DNA from: Pelagomonas calceolata
Lineage: Eukaryota
Length of the DNA: 64,000 nt
NCBI GenBank assembly: GCA_918797485.1
Contig: CAKKNE010000002.1
Span: 310,001-374,000 of the forward strand
Direction: 5' to 3'
The position numbers and the translations under genes were made by a program. Shown here piece by piece: positions 10,965-23,002 of this stretch; position 1 is the stretch's first letter, and the number at the start of each line of letters is the position of its first letter. The notes beneath the pieces were generated by a model. The model was not told the DNA's origin. It did not search any database and saw only the letters and a list, made by a program, of their open reading frames with translations.

Positions 10965-11727
10965 GATCTAAGGGTGGCCGCCTCCTCCGCGTCCTGCGAG
11001 GGGACGCGTGTTTGCAAAGGTTCGTCGTGTGCGCATCGCCGCGGCGGCGTCGACGCTCTCGGAGCGATGCGCGCTACCAAAGCCCGTCGAGCGACTAAAG
11101 CTTCGGCAGCGCGCGGTCGGCCCGCCGCCTAGCGCGCTGCCAGGAACCCGCCGAGCGACAGCTCTATGCGCGTTCGGCAACGCTCGACCGGCCACCCACG
11201 CAGCCCGTCGACGTCGCCCGCGCCCAAAAAAAGGAGAGGACTGGCATTTGAATAAGCTCTCTGTGACGCTGTGCTTCACCTATTGCAGCTGTTGTAAGCG
11301 CGCTGTGCTGCAGCGTTCCGCGTGTCCTCACAGCGTGTCTGCTTGCGCTGTTAAGCCCCTTGCGCGCGCGGACGTGATGTCGCCGCTTTTTGCGCTCGTC
11401 GACCTCAGCAACCCTAAGACTCTTCAAACGCGGCGAGCCGTGGACGCAGAGGTCTGGGTACGCGCCGACAGGTTGCCAGGCCGCTGCATTTTCGCGCGGG
11501 TTTCGCTACTAGCCTGCGGTCGCAGTGGAAAGCGGCTGCTGCTCGTGGTAAAGCCTACGTCGTTATCTGCGAGAGCTGAGCACGCTATTTTATTAGTGCA
11601 TCAAGTACGCAGTCGTATTTTCTGGCCCTCGCGCGTTGCGGTGGAGCTAGAATACCACTTCCTGGTTTTGCCAGCTGTTGTCTTGCTGTTTGCGACGCGC
11701 GTTCACGCCGTGCACGCGTCTGCTAAG

Positions 11728-12282
11728 ATGGCACGCCCAACAGCAGCACACGTCGCAACAGCAGCATTACTCCTCGCCGCCGCGGCCGGCTTCAGGCCAG
11801 TCGTGCCGCGACGGCCCGCCACCTCGTTGTACGCCAAGCCGCTGGCGCGGAAGCAGTCGTCGCACGTGCCCGCGATCGTCGACGAGGACACGTTCCTCGC
11901 GGCCATGTCCAAGAGCGCGGGCGACAAGGTCGTGGCGATCAAGTTCTACGCGGGCTGGTGCCGGGCGTGCAAGACGATCGCGCCGCGCTTCGAGCGCCTC
12001 GCGAAGGAGTTCGGCGAGGAGGCGGCCTTCTACGAGATCGAGTTTTCCGCGAACAAGGACCTCTGCCGGCGGCTGGACATCAAGAAGCTGCCGTGCGTCC
12101 AGTTCTTCCGCGGCGCCGAGGGCCACGTGGCCACGGTCATGTGCGGCCCGTCGAAATTCCCGGACGTGCGGCTGAAGCTCGAGGACCTCCTCGGCCACTC
12201 GCACCACCCGGACGACGTCCCGGAGTTCACGGACGTGTCCGAGCACTACAACGGCACGGACGTGTCCGAGGCCTACGCGTAA
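11728..12282 (+). CDS. Thioredoxin (WCRAC), plastid-type bipartite leader
   Basis: IKFYAGWCRACK and KLPCVQFF; leader LLLAAAAGF. Confidence 0.85.
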   Translation: MARPTAAHVATAALLLAAAAGFRPVVPRRPATSLYAKPLARKQSSHVPAIVDEDTFLAAMSKSAGDKVVAIKFYAGWCRACKTIAPRFERLAKEFGEEAAFYEIEFSANKDLCRRLDIKKLPCVQFFRGAEGHVATVMCGPSKFPDVRLKLEDLLGHSHHPDDVPEFTDVSEHYNGTDVSEAYA

Positions 12283-12305
12283 CGAGTCGTATCGTATTAG
12301 CTACC

Positions 12306-13175
12306 TTACGGTCCCGCTGTTCCCCCTAGCTGGGTCGCGGAAGCCCTCCTTCTCGACCTGTGCGGGAATAATCGATCGACGCGGCCCCTTTGTCGCTCGA
12401 CACAGTCCGCAACCTGGAGAAACCGCCGCTCGCGCCACTCCGCCTCCTGCTCGACGTCCCAGAGGCAGTGCTCCTCGATGTCGACCTGCGTGTTCGAGGT
12501 CGCGGCGACGGCGTACCGCGGAGGACGCCGCCGACGCGCGTCGGCGGGCGCCGGCACCAGGCAGTCGTCCGCCACGTCTAGAAGTCCCGCGCGCTCGATG
12601 CGCGGCTCGGCGTCGGCCGGGAGCTCGCAGAGCCCCTGGAGCACTTCGTCGGCGCCGGGTGCGCAGACGCCTAAAACATACGAGTTCACGAGAAGCCGTT
12701 CCTGCCACGCCGGCGGCGAGGATGTCACACGCACGAACGAAAACCGCGCCTTGTGCGCGCCCGGACCGACACGCGGCGTCGTGAGGAGCACAGCATCATC
12801 ATTCCATCGATACCCATAATACGACCCGCCGAACACGTCATGCCGGCACGACGGCGCGGCGTCGGTCTTGAGCAGAGACGGTTCGATGGCCGGCCGGTTG
12901 CCGGCGCCCTCGAATTCGTGCGACCATTTGTATTGAGGCCCTTGCGGCGCGTGTCTGAATCGCGAGCCATCAAACGAGCACCTCGGCGCCCTCTCGTTCG
13001 CGGCGATGAGGCGGAGGTTCTCGACCAACCTTGGCAGGCTGTCAAAGGCTGCCAATTCGACCTCTATGCGGCCCAGCGCGGCCGCATTCGTCGTCTTGAG
13101 GTCAAAGAATAGGCGTGGCGGAGCCAAAGCACCGGCTGTCGCAACAATTAACAGCGAGACGGCTGCAGGCTGCAT
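12306..13175 (-). CDS. Divergent cyclophilin-like protein with signal peptide
   Basis: RLFFDL...LGRIEVEL...LPRLVENLR...FDGSRFRH resembles the cyclophilin N-terminus; catalytic region is divergent. Confidence 0.45.
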   Translation of the reverse strand: MQPAAVSLLIVATAGALAPPRLFFDLKTTNAAALGRIEVELAAFDSLPRLVENLRLIAANERAPRCSFDGSRFRHAPQGPQYKWSHEFEGAGNRPAIEPSLLKTDAAPSCRHDVFGGSYYGYRWNDDAVLLTTPRVGPGAHKARFSFVRVTSSPPAWQERLLVNSYVLGVCAPGADEVLQGLCELPADAEPRIERAGLLDVADDCLVPAPADARRRRPPRYAVAATSNTQVDIEEHCLWDVEQEAEWRERRFLQVADCVERQRGRVDRLFPHRSRRRASATQLGGTAGP

Positions 13176-13378
13176 TTTGCTCTCCCTGGCAGCTTTTTGA
13201 GAGCTAGGCAAATCTCAGGCTGCACGCCGCACGAGGCGCTGAAAGAGGCAGGGGAATAGTGAATCCTGCTATCGGATATAAATACGTCAAATCGATAAGC
13301 GCTCGTACTCCGACCAGACAGCGGCACTGAGCACTAATCACTGGCAAGCACTCGGCAGTCGCGCGCGGCGCAGCACGC

Positions 13379-14188
13379 ATGGCGAGCTTCGATCACAGCA
13401 GCCTACAAGTGCGCGTCGACCGGGTCGACCGCGTCTATAGGCCAGGCGACGTGATCGCGGGCACCATCGTCGCCCGCGTGCGGAAAGGCTGGCGCCACCA
13501 GGGAGTCGGGCTGCGCGCGCTCGGCGCGGTCGAGATCGCGCACCACCTGCGGCCCTTCATGAACGAAGCGTCGGTGCTGACACCGCCGGGGCATTTCTCG
13601 GACGGCGAGCACGCGTTAAGGTTCGAGATCGAGCTGAGGCCCTGCCCCGGCGCCGAGCTCCTCGAATCCTATCACGGCAGTGCAAACGTTACGTACACGT
13701 TGATCTGTACCTGTCGCCGCGGGCCGCTGAGACCCGCCCTCGAGGCGCGGTGCGAGATTTTCGTCGAAGTCCCGTCGGGCCCGCCGCCGCAGCCGGCCCC
13801 GACGACGTTTATGGTCGCGCGCGAAAAAGGACTGCGGGTCGCGGGTAAAGTGGACTCGACGCGGTGCTTGCTCGATCGCCCCTTCACGGGCGAGCTGCGA
13901 ATCGACGAGTGCGCCGAGCGCATACGATCCGTGGACATCGCCCTGATGCGGCGCGAGACCGTAAGCGGCGTCCTGGGGCGGGCCGCAGAAGTCCGCAGAA
14001 CCCAGATTGTGGATGGCGACGTCACGCGGGGAATCGATATCCCGATCCACGTCTTTTTTCCACGCCTCTTCGCCTGCCCGAGCCTTGCTATCGACGGCCT
14101 GAGCGTCGCGTTCGAGGTGGATGTTGTTGTGTCTTTCGGAGAGGGCCTGGTCGCCAGGGAGTCGATTCCCGTGGTGCTGTATCGCTGA
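13379..14188 (+). CDS. VPS26C: VPS26C/DSCR3 (retriever subunit, arrestin fold)
   Basis: RVYRPGD, LLESYHG, PFTGEL...IRSVDIALMRRET, QIVDGDVTRGIDIPIHVFFPRLFACP. Confidence 0.85.
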   Translation: MASFDHSSLQVRVDRVDRVYRPGDVIAGTIVARVRKGWRHQGVGLRALGAVEIAHHLRPFMNEASVLTPPGHFSDGEHALRFEIELRPCPGAELLESYHGSANVTYTLICTCRRGPLRPALEARCEIFVEVPSGPPPQPAPTTFMVAREKGLRVAGKVDSTRCLLDRPFTGELRIDECAERIRSVDIALMRRETVSGVLGRAAEVRRTQIVDGDVTRGIDIPIHVFFPRLFACPSLAIDGLSVAFEVDVVVSFGEGLVARESIPVVLYR

Positions 14189-14409
14189 TGGTTGTTGTAA
14201 TTTTTGAGTTGTAATTCTGGGCAGTTTCTCAGCGGCTTGGGCCCGCACGCTAGGGTGCGATTTACGCACGGCGTTCTGTACGTGAGAAACGGTCCAGCGT
14301 AAATAACGCCATGTTTTGCGCATGTCGGAGCGGCCCGGTGCGACTTGTAAACTAGTAACAGGGATAGTATTTACTCAGAGGCCAGGCGTGCCCAACATAC
14401 ACGCGACCT

Positions 14410-17400
14410 TCAGCGGCTTTCAAACCCAAACCAGAAGAACACGAAGCACGTCAGGCACTCGTACGCCACCGCGAAGAGGAAGAGCCGCAGGTGGGCCGCC
14501 GGCGCCGCCGCGGGGTCGAAGCCGAAGCAGCGCAGGACCGCGTCGCCCGCGAGCGGCGCCGACCGGTACTTCTGCGCGCCGACCTTGGACGTCAGGTACA
14601 GCTCCGGGATGCCCGAGAACTCGTGGACCACGAGGGCCTCGTAGCCCGACGCCGCCGGCAGCGCGCGCGCCACGCGGCGCCACGCGGCCGGCAGGTCGTC
14701 GGGGTCCGCGAAGAAGCCGCAGAGCAGCAGGTTGAAGAGGAGCACGAGCGACGCGGCCGCGTTCGCCACCGAGTCCGAGGGCGCCAGGGCCCCGAGGCAC
14801 CGGCCCAGCGCCGCGAAGGCGTAGTGGAGCTGCAGCGCCGCGGCGATGAAGCCTAGCCCAGCCGCGGCCGTCGGCGCGCCGCGCGCGACGGCGAGCGCGA
14901 GGCCCGCCGTGAGCACCGGCGGCAGCAGCCGCAGCGGCAGGACGTCGCCCACGCCGCACATGGCCAGGAACGCCGCCGGCCCGCCGTACGAGTCGCGCTC
15001 GCGCGCGAGCAGCCGCGCCGCGCGCCGCGCGCGCGGCGGCGCCGACAGCGCCGACAGGCCCACGGCCACGCAGAGCACGAAGGCCAGGCCCAGCCGGTCC
15101 TGGATGCCCGCCGCGGACCCGTTGCGCGCCGGCAGGTTGGCGAAGGCCAGGCCCAGCACGAGGCCGACGGCCGCGGCGGGCCCGTAGTGCAGCGCGAGGA
15201 GGCTCGCGTCGCGGCGCACGCCCCGCCACTCGCGCGCCGCCAGGAGGCGCAGCGTCGCGTAGCCGTAGGGCGGCCGCCGCGCCGCCGGCACGGCCGGCGC
15301 GACGAACGCGCCGCGGAAGGGCCGCGGCCGCGCGGGCGCCGCGAGCGCGCCGAGGCGCTCGGCCGACGCCGACAGGTCCAGCAGCGCGTCGGCGGGGTTT
15401 GCGGCGTCCGGCGCGGCGGCGTCGACGTCCGCCGGCGGCCCGAGGAAGCGGAGGCGGCCGCCGGCGACGAGCGCGACGCGGTCGAGCAGGCGCACGATCT
15501 CGCGCCGCGGCTGGTGCAGCACGCAGACGACCGTCGTGCCGCCCCGGGCGAGGGCCGCGAGGCGGCCCACAACCTTGAGGGCCGTGGCCGCGTCGAGGCC
15601 CGTCGTCGGCTCGTCCGCGAGGACGAAGCGCTTCCGCGCGAGCAGCGCGGTCGCGAGCGTCGCGCGCCGCCGCTGGCCGCCCGAGCAGCGCCAGAGGCGC
15701 GTCGCGTGGAGCGCCGCGCCCGTCAGGCCCAGGGCCTCGGCCTCGCGCAGCGCGCGCGCCGCGGCCCTTTTCTTCGGCCAGCGCGCCGGCAGCCGGAGCC
15801 GCGCGTGGAAGCGCAGGTGCTCGGCGACGGTCAGGTGCGGCGGCAGGATGTCGTCCTGGGGCGCGAAGGCCGCGGCGAAGCGGCGCTGCGCCGGCGTCGC
15901 CACGGCGCCGTCGAGCGCCACGAGGCCCGACGGCGCGCCCGACGTCCGCCGGCCGCTCAGCACCGCGAGCAGCGACGACTTGCCCGCGCCGCTCGGCCCC
16001 AGCAGGCCCGTCAGGCCGCCCGCGGCGACCTCCAGCGAGACCTGCTCGAGGACGACGCGCCCCGTCGTCAATTTTAAACCGACGCGCGAGCACGCGAGCC
16101 GCCCGGGCTCGCCGTCCGCGGCGTCGTCGTCGTCCTCCTCGCCGTCGTCCAGCAGGGGCGCCGCCAGCGCGTCCGGCGCCGCCGGGTTCTCCTCGTCGGC
16201 GCCCGCGTCTTCCGGCGCCTCGCGCGCCGCGGGCTCCGCGAACGGGCGCTTCTCGGCGGCGTCGTCGACGTCGGCGGCGGAGCGGAGCGCGTGCGCGAGC
16301 GCCGCGACGCCCAGCGCGGCGACGACGACGAGGCCCAGCCGCAGGAGGGCCGCGTCCGCCGCGCTCGACACCGTGGGCAGGCCGAGCGTCGACAGGATCT
16401 GCGTCACCGTGACGTAGAGGTCCGAGGGGAACGTCGGGTCGCACTTGTGCGCGTCGATGACGTAGTACTGGGGCCCGCCGGGCACGGCGTCGGCGACGTT
16501 CGCCGGGGGGTGGTCGCCGTAGCGCGCGCCGGCGAACTCGCCGACGACCGCGGCGCGGTACGCGTGGAAGAGCGCGTCGGCGCGCGCCGCCGCGCCCGTC
16601 GCCGCGCGCGACAGGGCGCCCAGGGCGTCCGCCCCGCCCTGCGCGAGGCCGCCCGCCGTGTCGTGGGCCTTGGACTCGACCGACACGGCGACGCCCCCGA
16701 AGAGCGCCATGAGCAGCGCGCCGAGCGCGCCCGCGGCGTTCGCGACCTCGGCGCGGATGCGCGCGGCGCCCAGCGCCAAACACAGACAGCCCGCCGCGGC
16801 CGAGGCGCCGCCCAGGGCCGCGGCGAAGCGCAGCACGCACCAGCCCGCGCAGCGCGGCCGCAGGCCCGCCGCCGGGTAGACGACGAGCGCGAGCGCGAGC
16901 GCCGGCGCGAGGCGCAGCAGCACGAGGTCGCAGCCGAGCACCGCCGCCAGGTGCGCCGCGCGCCCGTAGAGCCCGCCCAGCGCCGCGCGCTCGCCGTCCG
17001 CGCAGGCCGCCTCCTCGCGGAACGCCGCGAGCGCGCTCAAACTCAAACACGTCACGAAGAAGAGCGCGAAGAAGATGGCGCCGACGCGCCGCTGGGCGCC
17101 GCCGAGGTCGCGCGGCAGGTCCGCGTCGACCGTGCCGAGGCAGACGGCCGCCAGCACGGCGCCCGCGAGGTGCAGACACAACGACGCCGGCGCGCGCGCG
17201 ACGCGCAGGAGCTGCCGGTCGCAGAGCGCGCGCAGCTGCGTCCGGCGGTCCGCCCTCTTAAACTTCGCGCCGGCCACGGCCGCCGCCGGCACGATCTGCC
17301 GGGCGCGGACGTCGTCCGGCGCGTCGCCGAGGCTCGCCGGGTCCGCGCAGAGCGCGTCGAGGACCGCGTCGCCGGGGTTCGCGCCCGGAGGTCCGAGCCG

Positions 17401-19706
17401 CGCCGCCAGGGCCCGCAGGTCCGCCGCCGCGCCGCGCCAGACGACGACGCCGGCGTGGATGAAGCAGCAGCGGTCGACGAGCGCCAGGATCTCGGACCGC
17501 GGCTGGTGCAGCGTGCAGAGCACGGCGACGGGCCGGCCGCCGCCGCCGCCGCGCCGCGCGACGCGCCCGAGCGCGCGCGCGAGCCGCAGCGCCGCGCGCG
17601 CGTCGAGGCGCGACGTCGGCTCGTCCAGGAGCAGCGCCGCCGGCGCGCCCAGCAGCTCGGCCGCGACCGACGCGCGCCGCGCCTCGCCGCCCGAGCAGCC
17701 CCGCTGCGCGGCGGGCGCCTCGTCGTCGGCGCCCCGCGCGCCCAGGAACGTGCCGGCGCAGGCCTCGAGCTCCAGCGCGCGGAGCACGCGCCGCACGGCC
17801 CGAATTCTTTCACTCGCGGGCTCGTCGGCGGGCCGGCGCAGGCGCGCGTGGAAGAGGAGGTGCTCCGCCACGGTCAGCGTCGGCGGGAGCCCGGAGTCGT
17901 CCTGCTCGACGAACGCGAGCGTCGCGCGCCGCGCGCGGCTGCCGAGGACGCGGCCGCCGACCTCGACGGCGCCCCGCTGCCGCGCGCCCCGCGGCGCGCG
18001 GCCGCCGATGGCCCGCAGCAGCGACGACTTCCCGGCGCCCGACGGGCCCATGACGCAGCCCACCTCGCCCGCGGGCGCGCACCCGTCCGCGCGCTTCACG
18101 ACGAGCGCCGCGCCACACGCGAGGCCCACGCCGCGCCACGCGAGGTCCAGGCCCTCGTCTTCACTAGAATCGAGCTCGTCCTCGTCGTCCTCCGCCGCCG
18201 CGAAGTCGAGCGCGATCTCGCCCTCGATCCTCATACCCTCGCGCCGGAGCGGGCTCGTCAGGAAGGCGCGGAGGCTCAGCCCCAGCACCAGCGCCAGGGC
18301 CGCGGCGAGGAGCGCGAACTGGTGCGCGTGCAGCGTTTCGACGGGCCGGCGCAGGTCGAAGGTCCACGCCGAGACCGCGGGCTGCGGCCTGTGGACGTGG
18401 TCGACGACGGGGATGTCGGGCGCCGCCGTGGCGTTGTCGTAGAGGCAGTTGCCGACGTGGCACCTGCGTGTGCATCGCGATGACCGGAGGCGACGACCTC
18501 GCTCGAGAGACCCGCACCGCCGCGCCGGCTAGCGGAATTGAAGGCGCCGCGGGATTCGAACGCCGCGCCGCGCGTGAAGGGGAAGCCCTTCTCGTCGCCG
18601 AGGTGGTCCTGGTTCAGGTAGCACCGCCTCGCCGACGGCGGCGCGCCGTCGACCGCGTCGAGCTCGCACACGAACTCCGTCGCGACGACGTTCCAGACGG
18701 CCTCCGTCGACTCGCACGTGCCGGCACCCGCGTCCGCAAAGGCGCCGTCGTCGTCGTCCGCGGCGTGGTCGTAGGGGCAGCAGAGCGGGTTCTCGACGTG
18801 GTAGCGCTTCCCGTGCATGACGTCGTCGTCGGTGCCCGGCGCCGCCTGGCAGCAGCCCGTCGGCGACTTGGTCGCGCACTCGTGCTCGCAGACGTACTTG
18901 TGCGTGCACTCGTCGTAGGTCCAGCCCGGGCAGCGCGGCAGGTCCGCCGGCGGGCAGTCGATGTGCGTGCGGGCGCACTTGAGCGTGAGGCACCGCTTCG
19001 CGGGGTCCCAGGCGCACGTGCCCTGGGAAAACTGGCAGCCCGTGAGGTTGCCCGTGAAGTAGGCCGCGTAGTCGAAGTCGTTCTGGCCCGGAAACTTGGC
19101 CGCGTCCGCGCGGTACGTGCCCAGGCGCCACGCGACCTCGGCGTGGTCCGCGAAGGCCGTCAGGTCGAAGGACGCGCTCGGCGCGTTCACCGTCGGCAGC
19201 AGGCACAGGGTGCTCGCGGCGCCGGGCCCGCAGACGCTGCACGAGAAGCGCTTGCCGCTGACCAGCTCCTCGGCGACGGGCTCGACGGCCCCCGCCGAGC
19301 AGTTCCGGGCCCTTTGATTGCCGCGGCGCGGGCACGCGGCCACGTCGGCGCAGACGTCGCACGCCGTGCCGTTCCAGCCGGCGCAGCAGCGGCCCCACGA
19401 CGGCTCCGGGTTCGCCGCGGCGGCGCGCGACGCGTTGTTCAGGCGGCGCCACTCGTCCTCGCCGTCGCGGCCGCAGACGCAGGTCGCGCAGTTGTCCTTC
19501 TGGACGAACTTGCTGCCCTTGGCGCTGCCGACGAAGGCGAAGAGCGTCGCGTCGTTCGCGCACGGCGGCGCCGTCTCGTCGACGTGGATGCAGGCCTTTG
19601 AGACGTCGTGCGTGGCTGTCGCGGCGCTGTCATGCGTCGCGGCGGTCGCAATAGCGGAGACGCAGGCCGCGGTGAACCAGAGGAGGCAATGGGTCACTTT
19701 TGTCAT
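14410..19706 (-). CDS. Full-size ABCG transporter with signal peptide and Cys-rich extracellular N-domain; exons 19706-18574 and 18463-14410 (1728 aa)
   Basis: Two NBDs (GPSGAGKSS, SGG, DEPT, LHQPR) each followed by a TMD; splicing gives FPFT|CHVGNCLY and joins the two ORFs. Confidence 0.85.
18464..18573 (-). mobile_element. Introner-type intron, 110 nt, GC-AG
   Basis: Duplication GCGCGGCG/GTGCCACG (5/8); element starts CGGCGTTCGAATC 8 nt after the donor; ends CACACGCAG; restores frame. Confidence 0.75.
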
Positions 19707-20158
19707 GTGGCAGGTGATCTGGCCCTATGTTTGAAGCGAAGCTTGTAGTATACTATCAGAGTAGGCTGTTAGCGATGCGAATCCATCGTCTGAGTCGCTG
19801 CCAGCTGTATATACACCCTTTTGGCTTCTGCTAAATTTGGCAAAAACCCGCCCGTTTTGCGGCGGTCTTTGCCGCTGGTATTCTTACGCTCAAAGCTCGG
19901 GAGAAGGCTTTTCTCGACCCGTGGACAAGCGACGGGTCCGCGCCCAAAATGCCAACTTTTGAGTCCAGCACAAACCAAAACGGGCAGGAACTCGGCGCCC
20001 AGAAGCGCGCGCCCGCTAAAAAGAGGCTGTGGTAGCCACCAACACGTCTCAGCTCTCGCAACTCCTCGAAAGCAGGCGTTGTTGGCACCGCTGGTGCTAG
20101 CTGGGCAGCTAACAGACACAGTCGCACCTCGTACACCGACGCCGATCATACAGGGAAC

Positions 20159-22465
20159 ATGTACGCGGACGCCCAAAGCTACCCGACCATCCCCGAAGCC
20201 GTGACGCCGCTGGCGGCCTGCGCGGCCTGGGCCGAGGCCTTTGTGGCGGCGCCGGACGACGCGGCCGTCGACGAGGAGGCGCTGCGCGCGCCGGAGCGCT
20301 TCGCCGCGGCCGTCGCGGCGGCGCACCGCGGCGCGGACGAGGGCGTCGAGGCGGCGGTCGCGCGCCAGCCCGCGCTCCGGCTCATGGCGCGGCCCGTCGA
20401 GCTCAAGTCCGCGGCGGCCGACGACGAGCGCTGGCTCCTGCCGCAGCTCTCCGGGCTCGTCGCGGCGCTGCGCGGCGGCGCGGGATGCGTCCTCGTCGCG
20501 ACGGCGACGGACGCGCTCTGCGTCGGCCTCGCGCGGCGGCCGGTCGCGGACGAGGACGCCGAGGACGACGGCGCCGAGGCGCCGCTCCGCAGCGTCTGCT
20601 TCGACCCGCGGCCGCGGCCGGCGCTCGCGCAGCGGACGCCCGCGGCGCTGCATTTTACGTCCTCGAAAGCGCTGCAGCTGCACGTGCTCGCGCTCCTCAC
20701 GGCGGAGACGGACGACCGCCGCGCGACGCTCGGCGTCGTCGTCTCGGGCGCGCGGCGCGACGCGTCGCGGCTCGCGCTGCTCGAGCGCGACGCGGCGGCC
20801 ATCCGCCGCGCCGAGAAGAAGCGCGCCATCGAGCGCCAGCGCGCCGAGATCGAGCAGCTCCGCCGCGCGCTCCGGCCCGCGGCGCAGGCCGCCGCGACGC
20901 GGTCCGGCGACGGCGAGCAGTTCGTGGCCTTCGGCGAGCGGCTCTACGCCGAGCTGCGGGGCGCGGCCCTCGACGCCGGCGCCGCGTCGCCGCTCGAGGC
21001 CGCGACGCGCGCGTACGAGGCCGCGGCCGCGCGGCCGCTGACGGGCGCGGCCGCGCGGCTCCTGGCGTCGGCCGACGGCGACGACTTCCTGCGCGCCGGC
21101 GCGGCGCTCTACGCGGCCGCGCGCGCGGCCGCGGCGCCGTCGGCGTCGTCGTCCTTCGCCGCGTCCTCCGTGGCGTCCTTCGCGACGACGGCGGCCTCGG
21201 TCGCCGACGCGCCGCCGGAGCCGCCCTTCGCGACGTCGGCCTCGTTCGCCCCCCCGGAGCCGCCGCGACCCGTTCCCGCCGCGGCGGCGCCGCCCGCGGA
21301 CGACGCCGCGGACCGGCGGTCGACGGCGGCGACGGACGGCGGCTCCGAGGCCCCGGGCGACGACGACGCGCCGCCGCCGCTGCGCCTCGACGCGGACGAG
21401 GGCGACGACCGCCTCGACGTGCCGACGCCGTTCCGCGGCGGCGCGACGCCCCTGTCCGAGGCCGCGGACGCGACGGGCGGCGACGACGACGACGTGCTGC
21501 TCCAGTCGGCGGCGCCGCCGCGCGCGGCCGCGGCGTCGCCCGAGGGCCTCGTCGTCGACGTCGGCGCCGCGGACCGGCGGCCCCTCGTCGCGTCGTACGG
21601 CAGCGATTCCGAGGACGGCGCCGCGGCGGAGCCGCCGCCGCGCGTCCCGCCGGCGGGCTGGGCCGCCGAGTACGACATGGGCGCGGCCGCGCGGCCGCCG
21701 CCGGCCCGGCCGGCGCCGCCCGCCGCGCGGCGCCGGAGCGGCGGCGACGTCGTCGAGGTCGACCTCTTCGACGACGCGGCGCCCGACGCGGCCGCGCGGA
21801 AGCAGCGCATGGAGCGGTTCCAGCAGATGCGCGAGAAGCGCGCGCGCGCGATGGACGAGTCGCGGCCCGCGTCTTGCCATCGCGCGTTTTTTTTACCGGT
21901 GTTCACCGGCGCGACGCCGCCCGCGCGGCCATCACCCGGTGCCTGGTTCTTGACTGGTCGAAAACACAGGCGGCGGCGGCTCGAGAAGGAGCACCACGCG
22001 GCGCTCCGGGCCGGCGGCTTCGCGCACAACGCCGACGCCTCGAAGCCAACGCCGTCGAAACGGGCGGGCCCGCCGCCCGTCGGGCGCGGCCGGCTCTGCA
22101 ACGCGAAGACGCTGGCGAACGCGCTGCAGCAGATCTGCCTCGCGGGGCCGCACTGCGCGGACCGCCTCGCGGCGGCGCTCGCGAGCCTCAAGGCGTCGCC
22201 GGCGGACCACCACGTCGTCGTGCTCAAGGACGACGGCGTGCGCACGTTCCGCGGCGTCTACGCCGTGGGCCGCGGCGGCGCCTGCGAGAAGATCCACGGC
22301 CGCGGGCCGGCGCGCTTCGCCGAGGCGGACGTCGCGACGTTCCTCAAGTTCAACTCGGCCCGCCGCGCGTTCGTCAAGCTGCCGTCGAGGTCCTTCTCGC
22401 TCACGACCGACGCGGTCATGCTCTCGGCCTCCGTGCTGCCCAAGAACAAGCCGGTGCTCTACTAG
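20159..22465 (+). CDS. CKK-domain (CAMSAP/Patronin-like) microtubule-binding protein
   Basis: C-terminal NALQQICLAG...FRGVY...KIHGRGP...FLKFNSARRAF...SFSLTTDAV. Confidence 0.75.
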   Translation: MYADAQSYPTIPEAVTPLAACAAWAEAFVAAPDDAAVDEEALRAPERFAAAVAAAHRGADEGVEAAVARQPALRLMARPVELKSAAADDERWLLPQLSGLVAALRGGAGCVLVATATDALCVGLARRPVADEDAEDDGAEAPLRSVCFDPRPRPALAQRTPAALHFTSSKALQLHVLALLTAETDDRRATLGVVVSGARRDASRLALLERDAAAIRRAEKKRAIERQRAEIEQLRRALRPAAQAAATRSGDGEQFVAFGERLYAELRGAALDAGAASPLEAATRAYEAAAARPLTGAAARLLASADGDDFLRAGAALYAAARAAAAPSASSSFAASSVASFATTAASVADAPPEPPFATSASFAPPEPPRPVPAAAAPPADDAADRRSTAATDGGSEAPGDDDAPPPLRLDADEGDDRLDVPTPFRGGATPLSEAADATGGDDDDVLLQSAAPPRAAAASPEGLVVDVGAADRRPLVASYGSDSEDGAAAEPPPRVPPAGWAAEYDMGAAARPPPARPAPPAARRRSGGDVVEVDLFDDAAPDAAARKQRMERFQQMREKRARAMDESRPASCHRAFFLPVFTGATPPARPSPGAWFLTGRKHRRRRLEKEHHAALRAGGFAHNADASKPTPSKRAGPPPVGRGRLCNAKTLANALQQICLAGPHCADRLAAALASLKASPADHHVVVLKDDGVRTFRGVYAVGRGGACEKIHGRGPARFAEADVATFLKFNSARRAFVKLPSRSFSLTTDAVMLSASVLPKNKPVLY
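21862..21969 (+). other. Probable in-frame 108-nt GC-AG intron
   Basis: T-rich low-GC3 insert in a coiled coil; ends AAAACACAG; GCGGCCCG/GCGGCGGC flanks; donor position uncertain. Confidence 0.55.
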
Positions 22466-22513
22466 GACTTGAGAGGTCTAAGTTTTGCTTCCTTACTACA
22501 CACATTACAAGCT

Positions 22514-23002
22514 TCACAGCTCGATCGTCGCGTCCGTGTCCGCGGCGACCTTGTCGGCCGCGAGTATGTTCTCGGCCGTGTCGGCTTCGTCGGGCTCGCA
22601 GCCCGCGGCCAGGCGCATCGATTGGTAGGCGGCCGCCGCCGCCGCCCGGGCCGTCTCATCGAGCGTCGCGGCCGCCAGAACCTGGATCAGCGGGCCGTCG
22701 TCGCCGGCGAGCACGCGCGCGCCGCCCGCGGCGGCCGCCGCGTCGTCGGGCACGACTGCGCCCGAAAGCAGCGCCACGAGCGCCCGGAGCGCGTCGCCGT
22801 CGGCGCCTCCGGTGAGCAGTTTCGCGCGGTCGCCCGCGAGCGCCCGCGCGGCATCGGTGCTCGCGGTATCATTGGCGGCGTCGCTTGGCGGTGGCGTGGC
22901 CGCGGCGTCTCGCGCGAGGGACGCCTCGAGCGCCTGCCAGGACGGCAGCGTCACGCCGCGCTTGCAGAGGTCGCCGACGGCGTGTGATTTGTGTTTGCGC
23001 AT
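22514..23002 (-). CDS. Hypothetical protein
   Basis: ATG-initiated ORF with coding-like GC3; no recognisable motif. Confidence 0.45.
   Translation of the reverse strand: MRKHKSHAVGDLCKRGVTLPSWQALEASLARDAAATPPPSDAANDTASTDAARALAGDRAKLLTGGADGDALRALVALLSGAVVPDDAAAAAGGARVLAGDDGPLIQVLAAATLDETARAAAAAAYQSMRLAAGCEPDEADTAENILAADKVAADTDATIEL

Noticed and set aside
11008..11727. Long N-terminal ORF extensions of thioredoxin (similarly ATP3 43719-44174 and GT15 27679-28029)
   Set aside because: Stop-free promoter/UTR sequence; targeting peptides begin at downstream ATGs.
18548..18566. GTTCGAATCCC T-arm-like motif suggesting a tRNA
   Set aside because: No D, anticodon or acceptor arms; it coincides with the degenerate TIR of the intron.
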